Of a stretch of DNA of 64,000 nt, positions 1 through 10,680 are shown one piece after another; the first letter of the stretch is position 1; every line of letters begins with the position of its first letter. The translations under genes were made by a program, and so were the position numbers. The stretch lies in the NCBI GenBank assembly GCA_003280965.1, contig QCDI01000006.1:32001-96000 (forward strand). Direction: 5' to 3'. This DNA comes from Prochlorococcus sp. AG-355-B18 (GTDB taxonomy: Bacteria; Cyanobacteriota; Cyanobacteriia; PCC-6307; Cyanobiaceae). The notes under the pieces are model-generated. The model searched no databases and was not told the DNA's origin. It was given only the letters and a program-made list of their open reading frames with translations.

Positions 1-167
1 AAAAATTAAAGTTCGAATCCTAGAATAGTACAAAGCTTGTAAAAACAATACATTTTAAAAATTAACGCAACTCTTCTTAATCAATAACTTCATTCCAAAG
101 TGATAGTTGAAATAATTCAAATAAAAAAGTTTTTTCCGCTAATATAAAGCTACGTTCTAATAAAGTT

Positions 168-374
168 TTGGATCAACAAGATTTAAAATTATCAAAAAAA
201 CTTATTACCTCTTATAAAAAGAGATTGGAAAAAGAAATTCTAAACAGAAGTATGAAATTAAGAATGCCTCAAAATAAATTTGAAGAAATAATTCATAACA
301 ATAATGAACTTATTAATTTAAAAAAAGCGTTAGAAAAGTTAGAAGCAAAAACTGAACCGCATAATAAAGTCTGA
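168..374 (+). CDS. small conserved hypothetical protein (68 aa, helical/coiled-coil-like)
   Basis: TTG-start ORF co-oriented 22 bp upstream of uvrD; resembles small picocyanobacterial hypotheticals (YKKRL...KLRMPQ). Confidence 0.6.
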   Translation: MDQQDLKLSKKLITSYKKRLEKEILNRSMKLRMPQNKFEEIIHNNNELINLKKALEKLEAKTEPHNKV

Positions 375-396
375 CTCTTGAAAAAACCTTACAAAA

Positions 397-2805
397 GTGA
401 CCCAAACAAACAACTTCCTTTTTAAGTCTTTAAACAATGAACAACTTCAAGCAGTAAAGCATGTTTATGGACCACTTTTAGTTGTTGCAGGTGCCGGTAG
501 CGGAAAGACAAAAGCTCTTACCCACAGAATTGCAAATCTTATTGAAAACAACTGTATTGATCCTTATAACGTTCTTGCGGTCACTTTTACAAACAAAGCT
601 GCTAAAGAAATGAAAGCGAGGTTAGAAGTTCTTCTTGCACAAGAATTAGCTTTTAATCAATTTGGTCAGCCATGGTCAACTCTTAAAGAAATTGAGCAAA
701 ATCAATTAAGAACAAACGTGCATCAAGAGAGACTTCAAAACCTTTGGATAGGTACCTTTCATTCGTTATTTTCAAGACTTCTTAGATATGATATTGAAAA
801 ATATAATGACCCTGAAGGATTAAAATGGACAAGACAATTTTCAATTTACGATGAAACAGATTCTCAAACATTAGTAAAAGAAATTATCAGTCAAGATATG
901 AATCTTGATCCCAAAAGATATGATCCCAAAAAGATTAAAAGGTTAATAAGTAATGCAAAGAATCAATGCTTAACTTCGAATGATCTTCTAGAAAAAGCGG
1001 ATAATAATTTTGATAAAACAGTTGCAGAAGCCTACAAGAGATATAGGATTTCACTTTCAAAAAATAATTCTTTAGATTTTGATGATCTTCTACTTTTGCC
1101 TGTTTTCTTATTGAGGCAAAATGATGTAGTGAGAGATTACTGGCACAAAAGATTTAAACATATTCTAGTTGACGAATATCAAGATACGAATAGAACACAA
1201 TATGAACTTATAAAATTAATTACAGCTGGAAATACTCTACCAAAAAAATTCTTTAATTGGGAAGACCGTTCAATTTTTGTAGTAGGGGATGCTGATCAAA
1301 GTATTTATAGTTTCAGAGCAGCTGACTTCAGAATTCTAATTGGTTTTCAAGAAGATTTTAAAACTGCATTTGATGATGATTCAAAGTCATCTTTAATTAA
1401 ATTAGAAGAAAATTATAGGTCATCATCTAATATTCTTGATGCTGCAAATTCACTAATTGAAAACAACTCTGAGAGAATTGAGAAAGTTTTAAGGGCTACT
1501 AAAGAAAAAGGGGAGCTTTTAAAGTTACTCAGCTGTGATGATGAAATTTCTGAGGCAGAAGCAATTACCAATAAAATTAAATCACTCAATAATTACAATC
1601 AAAACCCAATTTGGAGAAATTTTGCGATCTTATATCGAACAAGAGCTCAGTCAAGAGTACTAGAGGAATCTCTTGTAAGGTGGCGCATTCCCTACACAAT
1701 TTACGGAGGATTGCGTTTTTACGATAGAAGGGAAATTAAAGATGCAATAGCATATTTGAAAGTTCTGGTTAATTCTTCAGATAACGTAAGTCTTTTGCGT
1801 ATCATAAATGTTCCTAGAAGAGGGATTGGTAAGACTACTATTCAAAAACTTAATGAACTATCTAACAGATTAAATATTCCATTATGGGAAGTTCTTAATG
1901 ATAAGCAAAGTCTTGAAGAAACAATAGGCAGATCATCAAAAGGAATTAATAAATTTATTGAAGTTATGAATGATTTACTTTGTTATCTAGAAAATTCAGG
2001 CCCTGCTCAACTTTTACAACTAATTTTAGAAAAAAGTGGCTATTTAAGCAACTTATTAGCTAGTGGGACAGAAGAATCTGAAGATAGAAGAAATAACTTA
2101 CAAGAATTAATTAATGCAGCTACTCAATATGAAGAAGAAACAGAAAGTGGAGATGTAGAGGGTTTTCTTTCTACAGCAGCCTTAACAACTGATAATGATA
2201 CGAAGAAGAATAATCCCAACTCCGTAACTCTCATGACTATGCACAATAGTAAAGGTTTAGAATTTCAAAATGTTTTTATTACTGGACTAGAACAAGGTCT
2301 CTTCCCGAGCCATAGATCAATAGATACTCCCTCACTTCTAGAGGAGGAAAGAAGATTATGCTACGTAGGTATTACTAGAGCGAAAGAAAGAGTTTTCCTA
2401 AGTCATGCCAGAGAAAGAAGATTATGGGGTGGAATGCGTGAAGCAACAATTCCTTCAATATTTCTCTCGGAAATACCTGAAGATTTAATAGATGGTGAAT
2501 TACCCCAAACCGGTGGTGCTTCAATTAGAAGAGATTGGCATCTTGATCGTTTAACAAGAGTTGATCGAAATAATCCAAATGAGTATGTTAACAAACCCAT
2601 AAATGCAGTAAGAAAATTATATTCAGGACCAAGTAAGGGGAAAAGCTGGATAGTTGGAGATAAGCTAATTCACTCAAAATTTGGGAAAGGCGAAATCATA
2701 CATATTTTTGGGAGCGGTGAAAAAATATCTCTAGCAGTAAAATTTGGTGATAAAGGAAGTAAAATACTAGATCCTAGACTAGCTCCAATTCGTTATGTAA
2801 GTTAA
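397..2805 (+). CDS. uvrD: ATP-dependent DNA helicase UvrD/PcrA
   Basis: SF1 motifs AGAGSGKT, VDEYQD, VGDADQSIYSFRAA, LMTMHNSKGLEF, EERRLCYVGITRA. Confidence 0.97.
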   Translation: MTQTNNFLFKSLNNEQLQAVKHVYGPLLVVAGAGSGKTKALTHRIANLIENNCIDPYNVLAVTFTNKAAKEMKARLEVLLAQELAFNQFGQPWSTLKEIEQNQLRTNVHQERLQNLWIGTFHSLFSRLLRYDIEKYNDPEGLKWTRQFSIYDETDSQTLVKEIISQDMNLDPKRYDPKKIKRLISNAKNQCLTSNDLLEKADNNFDKTVAEAYKRYRISLSKNNSLDFDDLLLLPVFLLRQNDVVRDYWHKRFKHILVDEYQDTNRTQYELIKLITAGNTLPKKFFNWEDRSIFVVGDADQSIYSFRAADFRILIGFQEDFKTAFDDDSKSSLIKLEENYRSSSNILDAANSLIENNSERIEKVLRATKEKGELLKLLSCDDEISEAEAITNKIKSLNNYNQNPIWRNFAILYRTRAQSRVLEESLVRWRIPYTIYGGLRFYDRREIKDAIAYLKVLVNSSDNVSLLRIINVPRRGIGKTTIQKLNELSNRLNIPLWEVLNDKQSLEETIGRSSKGINKFIEVMNDLLCYLENSGPAQLLQLILEKSGYLSNLLASGTEESEDRRNNLQELINAATQYEEETESGDVEGFLSTAALTTDNDTKKNNPNSVTLMTMHNSKGLEFQNVFITGLEQGLFPSHRSIDTPSLLEEERRLCYVGITRAKERVFLSHARERRLWGGMREATIPSIFLSEIPEDLIDGELPQTGGASIRRDWHLDRLTRVDRNNPNEYVNKPINAVRKLYSGPSKGKSWIVGDKLIHSKFGKGEIIHIFGSGEKISLAVKFGDKGSKILDPRLAPIRYVS

Positions 2806-2810
2806 AACTC

Positions 2811-4058
2811 ATGAATGATATTTCTGAATATATACACGGGGAATTAATTAAAATTCCATTCAATCTATATAACCTAATTACTAAATACATAGAATCTAAT
2901 AATGATACTAAGGTAGCTTTTGTTGGGGGTTATTTAAGGGATTTATTAATAAGTAAATTCCACAAAAAATCCTTTTCTGATCCTGTAGATATAGATCTTG
3001 TTATTGAAGGTTCCTCTGTTTCTCTGGCAAAATTTATAAAAAAAAATATTGTAAATGTAGATTTATGTTTAATCAAGGAATTCAATTTATACAACACTGT
3101 AGAAATAAATATTAATGACTATAAAATTGATATTGCTACTGCAAGAAAAGAAATTTATTCTGCTCCAGGATTAAATCCTACAGTAACAGAAAGTACTATT
3201 GAGGAGGATCTTAGGAGGAGAGATTTCACTATAAATTCGATAGCCTTCGAGGTCTCAAAAAGGAAAATCTATGATCTTTTTGGAGGAATTTCTGATATAA
3301 AAAGTAAAAAATTAAACCTACTACACAGTAATAGTATTTCAGATGATCCAAGTAGATTAATTAGATGTGCAAAATATGCTTCAAGGTTAGATTTCAATAT
3401 TTCAAATAATTCCCTCAAACAATGTCAAGAAACAGTTAGACAATGGCCATGGAAAAGTTCAGAAACACATCAGAAAATAATATACCCCCCCGCACTTGGC
3501 ATACGAATAAGGATGGAACTAGCTGAAATATGCAAACACGATAATTTGAATAATGTAATTTCGATAATTCATAAATGGGAAATTATCTCAATTTTAAATG
3601 AAAATATTAAAGTCGATGAAAGGTTTTTAAGAGGACTAAATTGGATAAAGAAGTTAAATGGTAATTATATGCTTTACTTGTTAAAAGATTCAGAAGATTT
3701 AGAAAAAGCATGTCAAAGATTTTTGGTAAATAATAGTGAGATAAAAATATTAGAAGATTATTCAAATATAAAAAAGATATTAAAAACCAACCAAAAAAAA
3801 TTCAATTATTTTTCTCCATCAAGTTGGACAGAATTTATTGAGGACAGAAACCTTAATGATGAGACAGTCAAATTATTAATTTGTGATGGAGGTTTATACT
3901 GGCGTAACTTGTTTAAGTGGTTATTTATTTACAAATTCATAAAATCAAAAAAAGATGGAGAAACATTAAAAAAAGAAGGATGGGATCCAGGGAAGGAAAT
4001 GGGAAAGGAAATCAAACGATTAAGATATTTGGAAATTGACAACTTGAATAGAAATTGA
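2811..4058 (+). CDS. class II tRNA nucleotidyltransferase / poly(A) polymerase family
   Basis: VGGYLRD, DIDLV, DLRRRDFTINSIA, DDPSRLIR motifs. Confidence 0.9.
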   Translation: MNDISEYIHGELIKIPFNLYNLITKYIESNNDTKVAFVGGYLRDLLISKFHKKSFSDPVDIDLVIEGSSVSLAKFIKKNIVNVDLCLIKEFNLYNTVEININDYKIDIATARKEIYSAPGLNPTVTESTIEEDLRRRDFTINSIAFEVSKRKIYDLFGGISDIKSKKLNLLHSNSISDDPSRLIRCAKYASRLDFNISNNSLKQCQETVRQWPWKSSETHQKIIYPPALGIRIRMELAEICKHDNLNNVISIIHKWEIISILNENIKVDERFLRGLNWIKKLNGNYMLYLLKDSEDLEKACQRFLVNNSEIKILEDYSNIKKILKTNQKKFNYFSPSSWTEFIEDRNLNDETVKLLICDGGLYWRNLFKWLFIYKFIKSKKDGETLKKEGWDPGKEMGKEIKRLRYLEIDNLNRN

Positions 4059-6230
4059 TTACATTTTTACAACTTCTCCAACCTTGTACCATTTATCTTT
4101 AAGAGTACTTTCATATTTACGATTACAACTAATCAACAAGGGGCCACATGTTTGAGGATCCAATAATAATGATATTCTCTCGTTAAAAGTCTCTTTATCT
4201 AATGAATTTTCATTTAAAAAATTAATTATTCTTTTTTGCTGATTTCCTTCATAAATTTTATCAAAAATTTCTTTATTAGATTCAAAGAAAGTACTTTTAA
4301 CATCTTTTCTTATTAAATCAAATACTCCAGGATAAGCTTTAAAAGCAAATAAATCTAATAAAACTTTTAGTGGCTCAAGATTATTTATTTCCCTATATAA
4401 ATTAGATGATTCAACCATCTCTTTAAGATGTCCAATAAATCCATATCCAGTAATGTCAGTCGCAGCATTTACTAATGATTCTTTAAATAGATCTTGAAAA
4501 AGATAAATTTCATCAATCAAATATTGCTGACTCTTTACTAAATTATTAATTATTTCAGAAGAACTACCTAGCATATTAATATTTTGCATTTGACCAGCAA
4601 AGTAAATCCCAACGCCGAGAGGTCTAGACATCATAAGAATATCTCCATCATTCATTCCAGATTTAAGCCATGGTTTTGCTCCATTTTTTAAAATGCCTTG
4701 GACAGTTAAAGAAATATCTATTCCTAATGAATAAGGTTTATTGACTAAACTTCTTGCCTCGAAAGTATGGCCTCCAAGTAATTCACCTCCAAGATCCTCA
4801 ACTGTTGATTTAATACCTTGGAGAGATTGAGAAAAGAGGTAACTCTGAAATTCCCTTTCAACTTTTGGTAATGAAATTAAAGCCTGCGCGGATGAAAGTT
4901 TTGCTCCGCATGCCCACAAATCTGAGCAAGCATGCAAAGTAGTAATTTTTGCATTGAGCCAAGGATCACTTACCAAAGCAGGGAATCCATCAACACTTTG
5001 CAAGATAATATCTTGACCATTTTGATATATCTCAACTGAATCTTCAGGAGATGAAGCAAAAGAATCTAAATTAGATTTGATTAATGATTTATTCAAAAAA
5101 GACTGAGGGATTTTAGCAGCACATCCCCTGCAATCATTCAATGAAATATTTTTTCCACTACCTTTCATTATTAGCCTTTTTGATCTGAACTTATTAATAA
5201 AGTTCAGATCAATTTTATGCTTTAAAATCCAAAAAAGAAAAGAGGGGCCAAAAACAAATTTGCGATAAATAGCAAAAGCCTTTTGATGATGGCTTGGAAA
5301 TATATTTATTATTTGTAATCCAATCCTTTGCGGTAACCACTTTCTTAATGATCCCCCTTCTATATCCTTTTTTAGATTTTTGACTAATGTATTTACAACT
5401 TTTACTGCAAAAACTCCCGATGCTGGTCTTTTCGCTGAATCTACAACTGCGCAATCACCCGCAGCAAAGATTCCAGATAAACTTTTCAACTGCAAATTCT
5501 GATTTGTGATTATTCTTCCATGAGAATCCGAATCTAAAAATTTTTTTTGTACCCACAAAGGAGATGTATTTCCAGTACACAAAAGAATCTTGCCATAATC
5601 AAAATTAAGGTTTTGAACTAAATCAATATTAGAATTCCGTAAACTTTTTAGAATTGTGTTATTAATTTTTCTTGAATCACATAATAATTTTAAAGATCTG
5701 CCTCTCCATCTTTTTCTCAAAGCATATGATACTTCAATTGCAGCAAGGCCACTCCCAACTATTACAAATGGAAGTTCATTAACTGAATCAAAAATGTCCT
5801 CTTTTTGTATTAAGTCATAAGCCCTCAAAAAAGGTTTAATTGTAAAAGCATTACGATTTTTAACTAGTGACTCAAATTCATTTGGAATTATTGTTTGACT
5901 TCCAAAATTAAGAACCAACTTCGAATAATTAACTGAGGGTCTATTACTTAAAACAATTTTTTTTAAATTGAAATCAATATCCTTTACTTCTTCTTCTATA
6001 AAAGATACTTTTGCATTTTTTGCTAAAGATTTTATATCAATCAAACTCTCTTCTAGAGAAATAGATTTTGAAAGCACCGATGGGAACATCGCCGAATAAA
6101 CCAAATGAGAATCTCTAGATATAATTGAAACAGGAATCTCTGGCATTAATTTCGTACACATTAACCATTTCTTAATTAAAAGAACATTTGAGTGTCCTCC
6201 TCCAATTAGTACTAGATGATTAAAAGTCAT
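4059..6230 (-). CDS. selD: selenide, water dikinase fused to N-terminal FAD-dependent oxidoreductase domain
   Basis: N-terminal LVLIGGGHS and IFAAGDCA; C-terminal CRGCAAK, GGHT, ATDITGYGFIGHL, DPQTCGPLL SelD motifs. Confidence 0.9.
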   Translation of the reverse strand: MTFNHLVLIGGGHSNVLLIKKWLMCTKLMPEIPVSIISRDSHLVYSAMFPSVLSKSISLEESLIDIKSLAKNAKVSFIEEEVKDIDFNLKKIVLSNRPSVNYSKLVLNFGSQTIIPNEFESLVKNRNAFTIKPFLRAYDLIQKEDIFDSVNELPFVIVGSGLAAIEVSYALRKRWRGRSLKLLCDSRKINNTILKSLRNSNIDLVQNLNFDYGKILLCTGNTSPLWVQKKFLDSDSHGRIITNQNLQLKSLSGIFAAGDCAVVDSAKRPASGVFAVKVVNTLVKNLKKDIEGGSLRKWLPQRIGLQIINIFPSHHQKAFAIYRKFVFGPSFLFWILKHKIDLNFINKFRSKRLIMKGSGKNISLNDCRGCAAKIPQSFLNKSLIKSNLDSFASSPEDSVEIYQNGQDIILQSVDGFPALVSDPWLNAKITTLHACSDLWACGAKLSSAQALISLPKVEREFQSYLFSQSLQGIKSTVEDLGGELLGGHTFEARSLVNKPYSLGIDISLTVQGILKNGAKPWLKSGMNDGDILMMSRPLGVGIYFAGQMQNINMLGSSSEIINNLVKSQQYLIDEIYLFQDLFKESLVNAATDITGYGFIGHLKEMVESSNLYREINNLEPLKVLLDLFAFKAYPGVFDLIRKDVKSTFFESNKEIFDKIYEGNQQKRIINFLNENSLDKETFNERISLLLDPQTCGPLLISCNRKYESTLKDKWYKVGEVVKM

Positions 6231-6240
6231 TTAAATCACA

Positions 6241-7149
6241 ATGAATAAAGAACATTTATTACCAATTGAAAAATCAAGATTAGGAGTAATTGGTGGGAGT
6301 GGATTTTATTCAATGGATCAAATAGAGTATTTAAGAGAAATAGAAATCAATACTCCCTATGGTAAACCTTCTGATTCAATTAGAGTATATAGTCTTGGAA
6401 ATTTAGAGATAGCATTCATTCCTAGGCATGGCAGAACACATAGATTAAATCCTACTGAAATCCCTTATAAAGCTAATATATGGGCCTTAAGATCAATAGG
6501 TGTAAGGTGGATTGTCGCTCCATCAGCAGTTGGTTCATTACAAGAACAAATCAGGCCACTAGATATAGTTGTACCTGACCAATTTATAGACAGGACAAAA
6601 AATAGACCAGCAACGTTCTTTAACGAGGGAGCTGTAGCACATGTAACGATGGGAGATCCCTTTTGTACTAATTTATGCAGAATATTGGGTGAGGTTGGAG
6701 AAAAAAATATTCCTGAAGGAAGACAATTACACAAAGGAGGAACTTATTTAGCCATGGAAGGACCAGCTTTCTCAACACGCGCAGAATCAAATTTATACAG
6801 AAGCTGGGGCTGTTCGATAATAGGAATGACAAATCATACTGAAGCAAGATTAGCAAAAGAGGCTGAAATCGCTTACTCCTCATTATCTATGGTTACTGAT
6901 TATGATTGCTGGCATCAAACCCATCAAGAAGTATCTGTAGAGATGGTTTTGGATAATCTTAGATCAAATACTGAAGTGGCAAATCAAATAATATTTGAAT
7001 TTGCAAAATTAATAGAAAAAGAAAGACCAAAAAGCAAGTCTCATACTTCATTAAGAGATGGCTTAATAACCCAAATAGAAAATATCCCAAGTTTCACAAA
7101 AGAGAAACTAAGGATATTTACCGATTCTTATGGGACTTATTATATTTAA
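6241..7149 (+). CDS. mtnP: S-methyl-5'-thioadenosine phosphorylase
   Basis: GVIGGSG, PRHG, EGPAFSTRAES, TDYDCW motifs. Confidence 0.95.
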   Translation: MNKEHLLPIEKSRLGVIGGSGFYSMDQIEYLREIEINTPYGKPSDSIRVYSLGNLEIAFIPRHGRTHRLNPTEIPYKANIWALRSIGVRWIVAPSAVGSLQEQIRPLDIVVPDQFIDRTKNRPATFFNEGAVAHVTMGDPFCTNLCRILGEVGEKNIPEGRQLHKGGTYLAMEGPAFSTRAESNLYRSWGCSIIGMTNHTEARLAKEAEIAYSSLSMVTDYDCWHQTHQEVSVEMVLDNLRSNTEVANQIIFEFAKLIEKERPKSKSHTSLRDGLITQIENIPSFTKEKLRIFTDSYGTYYI

Positions 7150-7178
7150 CTGATTGCTAGGCCAAGGTAAAGATTTTG

Positions 7179-7376
7179 TTAGCCGCCAGCTCCAACACCT
7201 TGATATGAGCCATAGAAGAATATGCCTAAAACAAAGATAACGGCAATTCCACCTGCTGTAGCGACGAGCCATAGAGGAAGAGTCCCTTCGGTCCATCTTC
7301 TTTCCCATGCTACTGCTGGTCTACCATCTGGAAGTCTATCTGGAATTCTTCCATCAGGTCCTTTTAATTTACTCAT
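7179..7376 (-). CDS. psbJ: photosystem II protein PsbJ (N-terminally extended form)
   Basis: [10 protein letters not shown]...[10 protein letters not shown]; last gene of psbEFLJ. Confidence 0.96.
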   Translation of the reverse strand: MSKLKGPDGRIPDRLPDGRPAVAWERRWTEGTLPLWLVATAGGIAVIFVLGIFFYGSYQGVGAGG

Positions 7377-7385
7377 AGTTTTAAA

Positions 7386-7505
7386 TTAGTTGAAGAAATA
7401 ACTGGAAAATAAAATTCCCAAAACAAATACTGATAATAAGCCTAAGTAAAGACTTGTACGATTAAGTTCGACTGGAACTTTGTTAGGATTTTCGTTTACT
7501 TGCAT
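7386..7505 (-). CDS. psbL: photosystem II protein PsbL (39 aa)
   Basis: [24 protein letters not shown]...SSYFFN; ATG at 7503-7505 rather than the longer ORF-track start. Confidence 0.97.
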
Positions 7506-7516
7506 GATAGTTAAAT

Positions 7517-7663
7517 TTATCTGGCTACAAATTGCATTGCAGCAATAGAACCCAAAAAGAATACTGATGGAATGGCTAAAGCGTGAACTGCTAACCAACG
7601 AACAGTAAATATTGGATAAACGCGGACTTCCGCAGCCTGCATTGGAGCTTGAGAATTTGTCAT
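7517..7663 (-). CDS. psbF: cytochrome b559 beta subunit (48 aa; not in ORF track)
   Basis: Manual translation [48 protein letters not shown]. Confidence 0.97.
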
Positions 7664-7665
7664 TG

Positions 7666-7914
7666 TTATTTTGTTCTTAAATCTAGTTGGGACTTAGCCT
7701 CATATCTTTGTGTTACGACAGGCGCTTTAGATTCAGATGATTGAAAATAACTGTCCGGACGAGGAGTTCCAAAAGCATCGTAGGCTAAGCCTGTATATAC
7801 GAATAAGAAGCCTGCTATAAAAATAGCTGGCAATGTTACTGCATGAATAATCCAGTACCTAATACTGGTGATTATTTCAAAGAATGGGCGTTCACCCGTT
7901 GAACCTGCGGCCAT
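7666..7914 (-). CDS. psbE: cytochrome b559 alpha subunit
   Basis: [11 protein letters not shown]...RYWIIH...YDAFGTPRP. Confidence 0.98.
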
Positions 7915-8050
7915 AATCACAAATGTTTACCCCTTGATCTTACAGTGTAAAATCATAAGTTCGTGAAGAAGTTTACAGCTTGGTTACAGACAGTTGCTAA
8001 ATTTATCAAAAATTAAGTTTTTTTTTACTATTTACGCAAGCTTTTCAAAC

Positions 8051-9064
8051 TTAGCTGTTCCATTTAAGAATGTAACCACGCTCGCCAAGTACAAATCCTT
8101 TTGGATTATCTAGGTCTTCCTTATCAAGAAAAAGTATTTTTATGTAATTTGTAGGTAATCCAGAAGCTGTAGGATCTGAATTCCAAGTTTCACCTTGATC
8201 CTTACTTACTATTAAAGTTCCATTACCACCGCCTGCCCATATATCACCATTAGGATCCCATCCAAGGTCTAGATAATTGTATCCATTAAGAATAGGTATA
8301 ATGGGCTTCGACCAATTTTCTACATCGCTATTATCTTCATTAAATCTGATTTCGGCTCCTCTAGAAAGCATCCATAAACTTCCCTCTGGATTAAAACCAA
8401 TACTTTGAACTCTCTTACTGCTTGCTCTTTGGTGAGCTATCCAAGTGTTGCTATCACTATCAAGAGTAGAGAAAAAATTTCCAAGGCTGCTAACGCTCAC
8501 ATAATCACCGGTAGATGTTCTTCTTAAATCTCTAATACCTCCCTGTTCCGAAGGGTCTGATACTTTTGCTTCCCATGTCTCACCGCTATTGGAAGTTTCA
8601 TAAATTGCTGCTGAGGTTGTTGCCAATTGGGCGACTCCTTCATCAATGGTAGTAACTAAAAAAGGCTGGCCTGGCAACTTCCCAAGGGAAAGCCGAGTCC
8701 AATTTTTACCTTCATCGACGGTATGCATTACTAGAGAAGGTTGTCCAATTAACCAACCTTCAGAGCCTTTAAAGTCAATATCAAGAAGGCGAAAATTCTC
8801 TTCCGCAGTAATATCTAATGATCTTTTTTCCCATGTTTCTCCCCCATCATTTGATTCCATAATGAGTCTATTAGAGCCAACTAAAAACCCATGATTATCA
8901 TCTATAAAATCAACATCTAAGGCATTAGCTTGATTTTCAAACTGAATTGTTCTCCAAGGGCTGCTTTCATTCATCTTGACTCCTGTAGATGAACAACTGC
9001 TTAAAACAAAGCAAAGAATTACAGATAAGAGAAGATTGGTAGTACTGGTAAAAGATTTTTTCAT
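8051..9064 (-). CDS. ycf48: PSII assembly factor Ycf48/HCF136 (lipoprotein)
   Basis: Lipobox LSSC, repeated SxDxGxTW (BNR) motifs, position between rubA and psbE. Confidence 0.93.
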   Translation of the reverse strand: MKKSFTSTTNLLLSVILCFVLSSCSSTGVKMNESSPWRTIQFENQANALDVDFIDDNHGFLVGSNRLIMESNDGGETWEKRSLDITAEENFRLLDIDFKGSEGWLIGQPSLVMHTVDEGKNWTRLSLGKLPGQPFLVTTIDEGVAQLATTSAAIYETSNSGETWEAKVSDPSEQGGIRDLRRTSTGDYVSVSSLGNFFSTLDSDSNTWIAHQRASSKRVQSIGFNPEGSLWMLSRGAEIRFNEDNSDVENWSKPIIPILNGYNYLDLGWDPNGDIWAGGGNGTLIVSKDQGETWNSDPTASGLPTNYIKILFLDKEDLDNPKGFVLGERGYILKWNS

Positions 9065-9073
9065 TTATTTATA

Positions 9074-9502
9074 TTAATGCAAAGAGTACAAAGAAAGGAA
9101 CATAGCTGCAGCAAAAGCAAGTCCTCCAAAAATCAATATATTTTTTTGTCCAGGGGGCAAACTATTAAAACCAAACCCATAAACTAAATTCTCTTCGAAT
9201 CCACTAGGTTTTGCTCTGGATCCAATGTCCTTATAAAAATTTTTACCAGCTCTACAAACAGGGCAAGCGAAAGTATTCCCGTCCAACTCTGAAAAAGGGG
9301 TATTTTTAGGTATGTTCAATTTTTTATTTCCTTCTAACGGATCATAAATGTATCCACAACTTCTACATTCGAATCTATTTTGTTCTAGATTAATAGTAGG
9401 TTGTTTAACATTTACTTCTGAGGGGTTTTTAGAAAGATTTTCTTTCTTAAGATTTTCAACTATTTTGTTTTCCTCAGAGGTTGGTTGAATGTTTTCACTC
9501 AC
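9074..9502 (-). CDS. rubA: membrane-anchored rubredoxin
   Basis: CRSCGYIYDP...CPVC plus C-terminal transmembrane helix. Confidence 0.93.
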   Translation of the reverse strand: MSENIQPTSEENKIVENLKKENLSKNPSEVNVKQPTINLEQNRFECRSCGYIYDPLEGNKKLNIPKNTPFSELDGNTFACPVCRAGKNFYKDIGSRAKPSGFEENLVYGFGFNSLPPGQKNILIFGGLAFAAAMFLSLYSLH

Positions 9503-9578
9503 AGTTTATTATTATTCTTTAAGAACTTTAAAAGATTTTGCTTAATTAAGCGAATTTTATTCAAAATTAATTTTTAAT

Positions 9579-9941
9579 ATGTTTTTATTATCTGGCTATG
9601 AATATTTTTTAGGTTTTCTCTTAATTGCTTCTGCTGTTCCAATTTTAGCTCTAATTACTAATCTTATAGTTGCCCCTAAAGGTAGAACTGGTGAAAGAAA
9701 ACTTACCTATGAATCAGGAATGGAGCCTATTGGGGGAGCATGGATTCAATTTAATATTCGTTATTACATGTTCGCCTTAGTTTTCGTTATATTTGATGTG
9801 GAGACAGTATTCCTTTATCCTTGGGCTGTTGCCTTCAATAGATTAGGCTTATTAGCTTTTATTGAGGCCTTAATTTTTATTGCAATACTTGTTATTGCTT
9901 TAGCCTACGCATGGAGAAAAGGTGCTTTAGAATGGAGTTAA
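9579..9941 (+). CDS. ndhC: NDH-1 subunit 3
   Basis: [25 protein letters not shown]. Confidence 0.97.
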   Translation: MFLLSGYEYFLGFLLIASAVPILALITNLIVAPKGRTGERKLTYESGMEPIGGAWIQFNIRYYMFALVFVIFDVETVFLYPWAVAFNRLGLLAFIEALIFIAILVIALAYAWRKGALEWS

Positions 9942-9945
9942 ACAA

Positions 9946-10680
9946 TTGAATCCACAATTATCCCCAAAAGCAATAAGAGAAATCAGAGAAGGAACTTGCA
10001 ATCCGCTTGGTGCTCCACAAGTTACTACTGATTTAAGCGAAAATATAATATTAACTAGCTTAGACGATCTACATAATTGGGCTAGATTAAGTAGTCTTTG
10101 GCCTCTCCTGTATGGAACAGCTTGTTGTTTTATTGAATTTGCTGCACTAATTGGATCTAGATTTGATTTTGATAGATTTGGATTAGTTCCAAGAAGTTCG
10201 CCAAGACAAGCAGATTTATTAATAGTTGCAGGGACAGTAACAATGAAGATGGCTCCAGCTTTAGTAAGACTTTATGAGCAGATGCCTGAGCCAAAATATG
10301 TGATTGCAATGGGTGCTTGTACAATTACAGGAGGAATGTTTAGTGCAGACTCTACTACTGCTGTCAGGGGAGTTGACAAGTTGATACCAGTCGATTTATA
10401 TCTTCCTGGATGTCCTCCAAGACCCGAAGCAATCTTTGATGCTGTAATAAAATTAAGAAAAAAAGTTGGTAATGAATCAATCTTAGAAAGAACAAAAACA
10501 GAGCAAACCCACAGGTATTTTACTTTTGATCACCAAATGAATATAGTTTTCTCAGAAAATACCGGTGAATATCTAAACAAAACTTCAACGAATGTTATTC
10601 CTTCCTCCAAAAAAGAAAAAATAACCGAGTCGCAGGAAAATAGCGAAAAAGTTGAAATTATCAATAGCGAAGAAGATTAA
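9946..10680 (+). CDS. ndhK: NDH-1 subunit K
   Basis: [22 protein letters not shown]. Confidence 0.97.
   Translation: MNPQLSPKAIREIREGTCNPLGAPQVTTDLSENIILTSLDDLHNWARLSSLWPLLYGTACCFIEFAALIGSRFDFDRFGLVPRSSPRQADLLIVAGTVTMKMAPALVRLYEQMPEPKYVIAMGACTITGGMFSADSTTAVRGVDKLIPVDLYLPGCPPRPEAIFDAVIKLRKKVGNESILERTKTEQTHRYFTFDHQMNIVFSENTGEYLNKTSTNVIPSSKKEKITESQENSEKVEIINSEED

Noticed and set aside
11..20. GTTCGAATCC resembling a tRNA T-loop
   Set aside because: Flanks do not form a T stem or acceptor stem; at the window edge and probably chance.
7386..7598. 70-aa extended psbL ORF
   Set aside because: The extension overlaps psbF in another frame; real PsbL starts at 7505.
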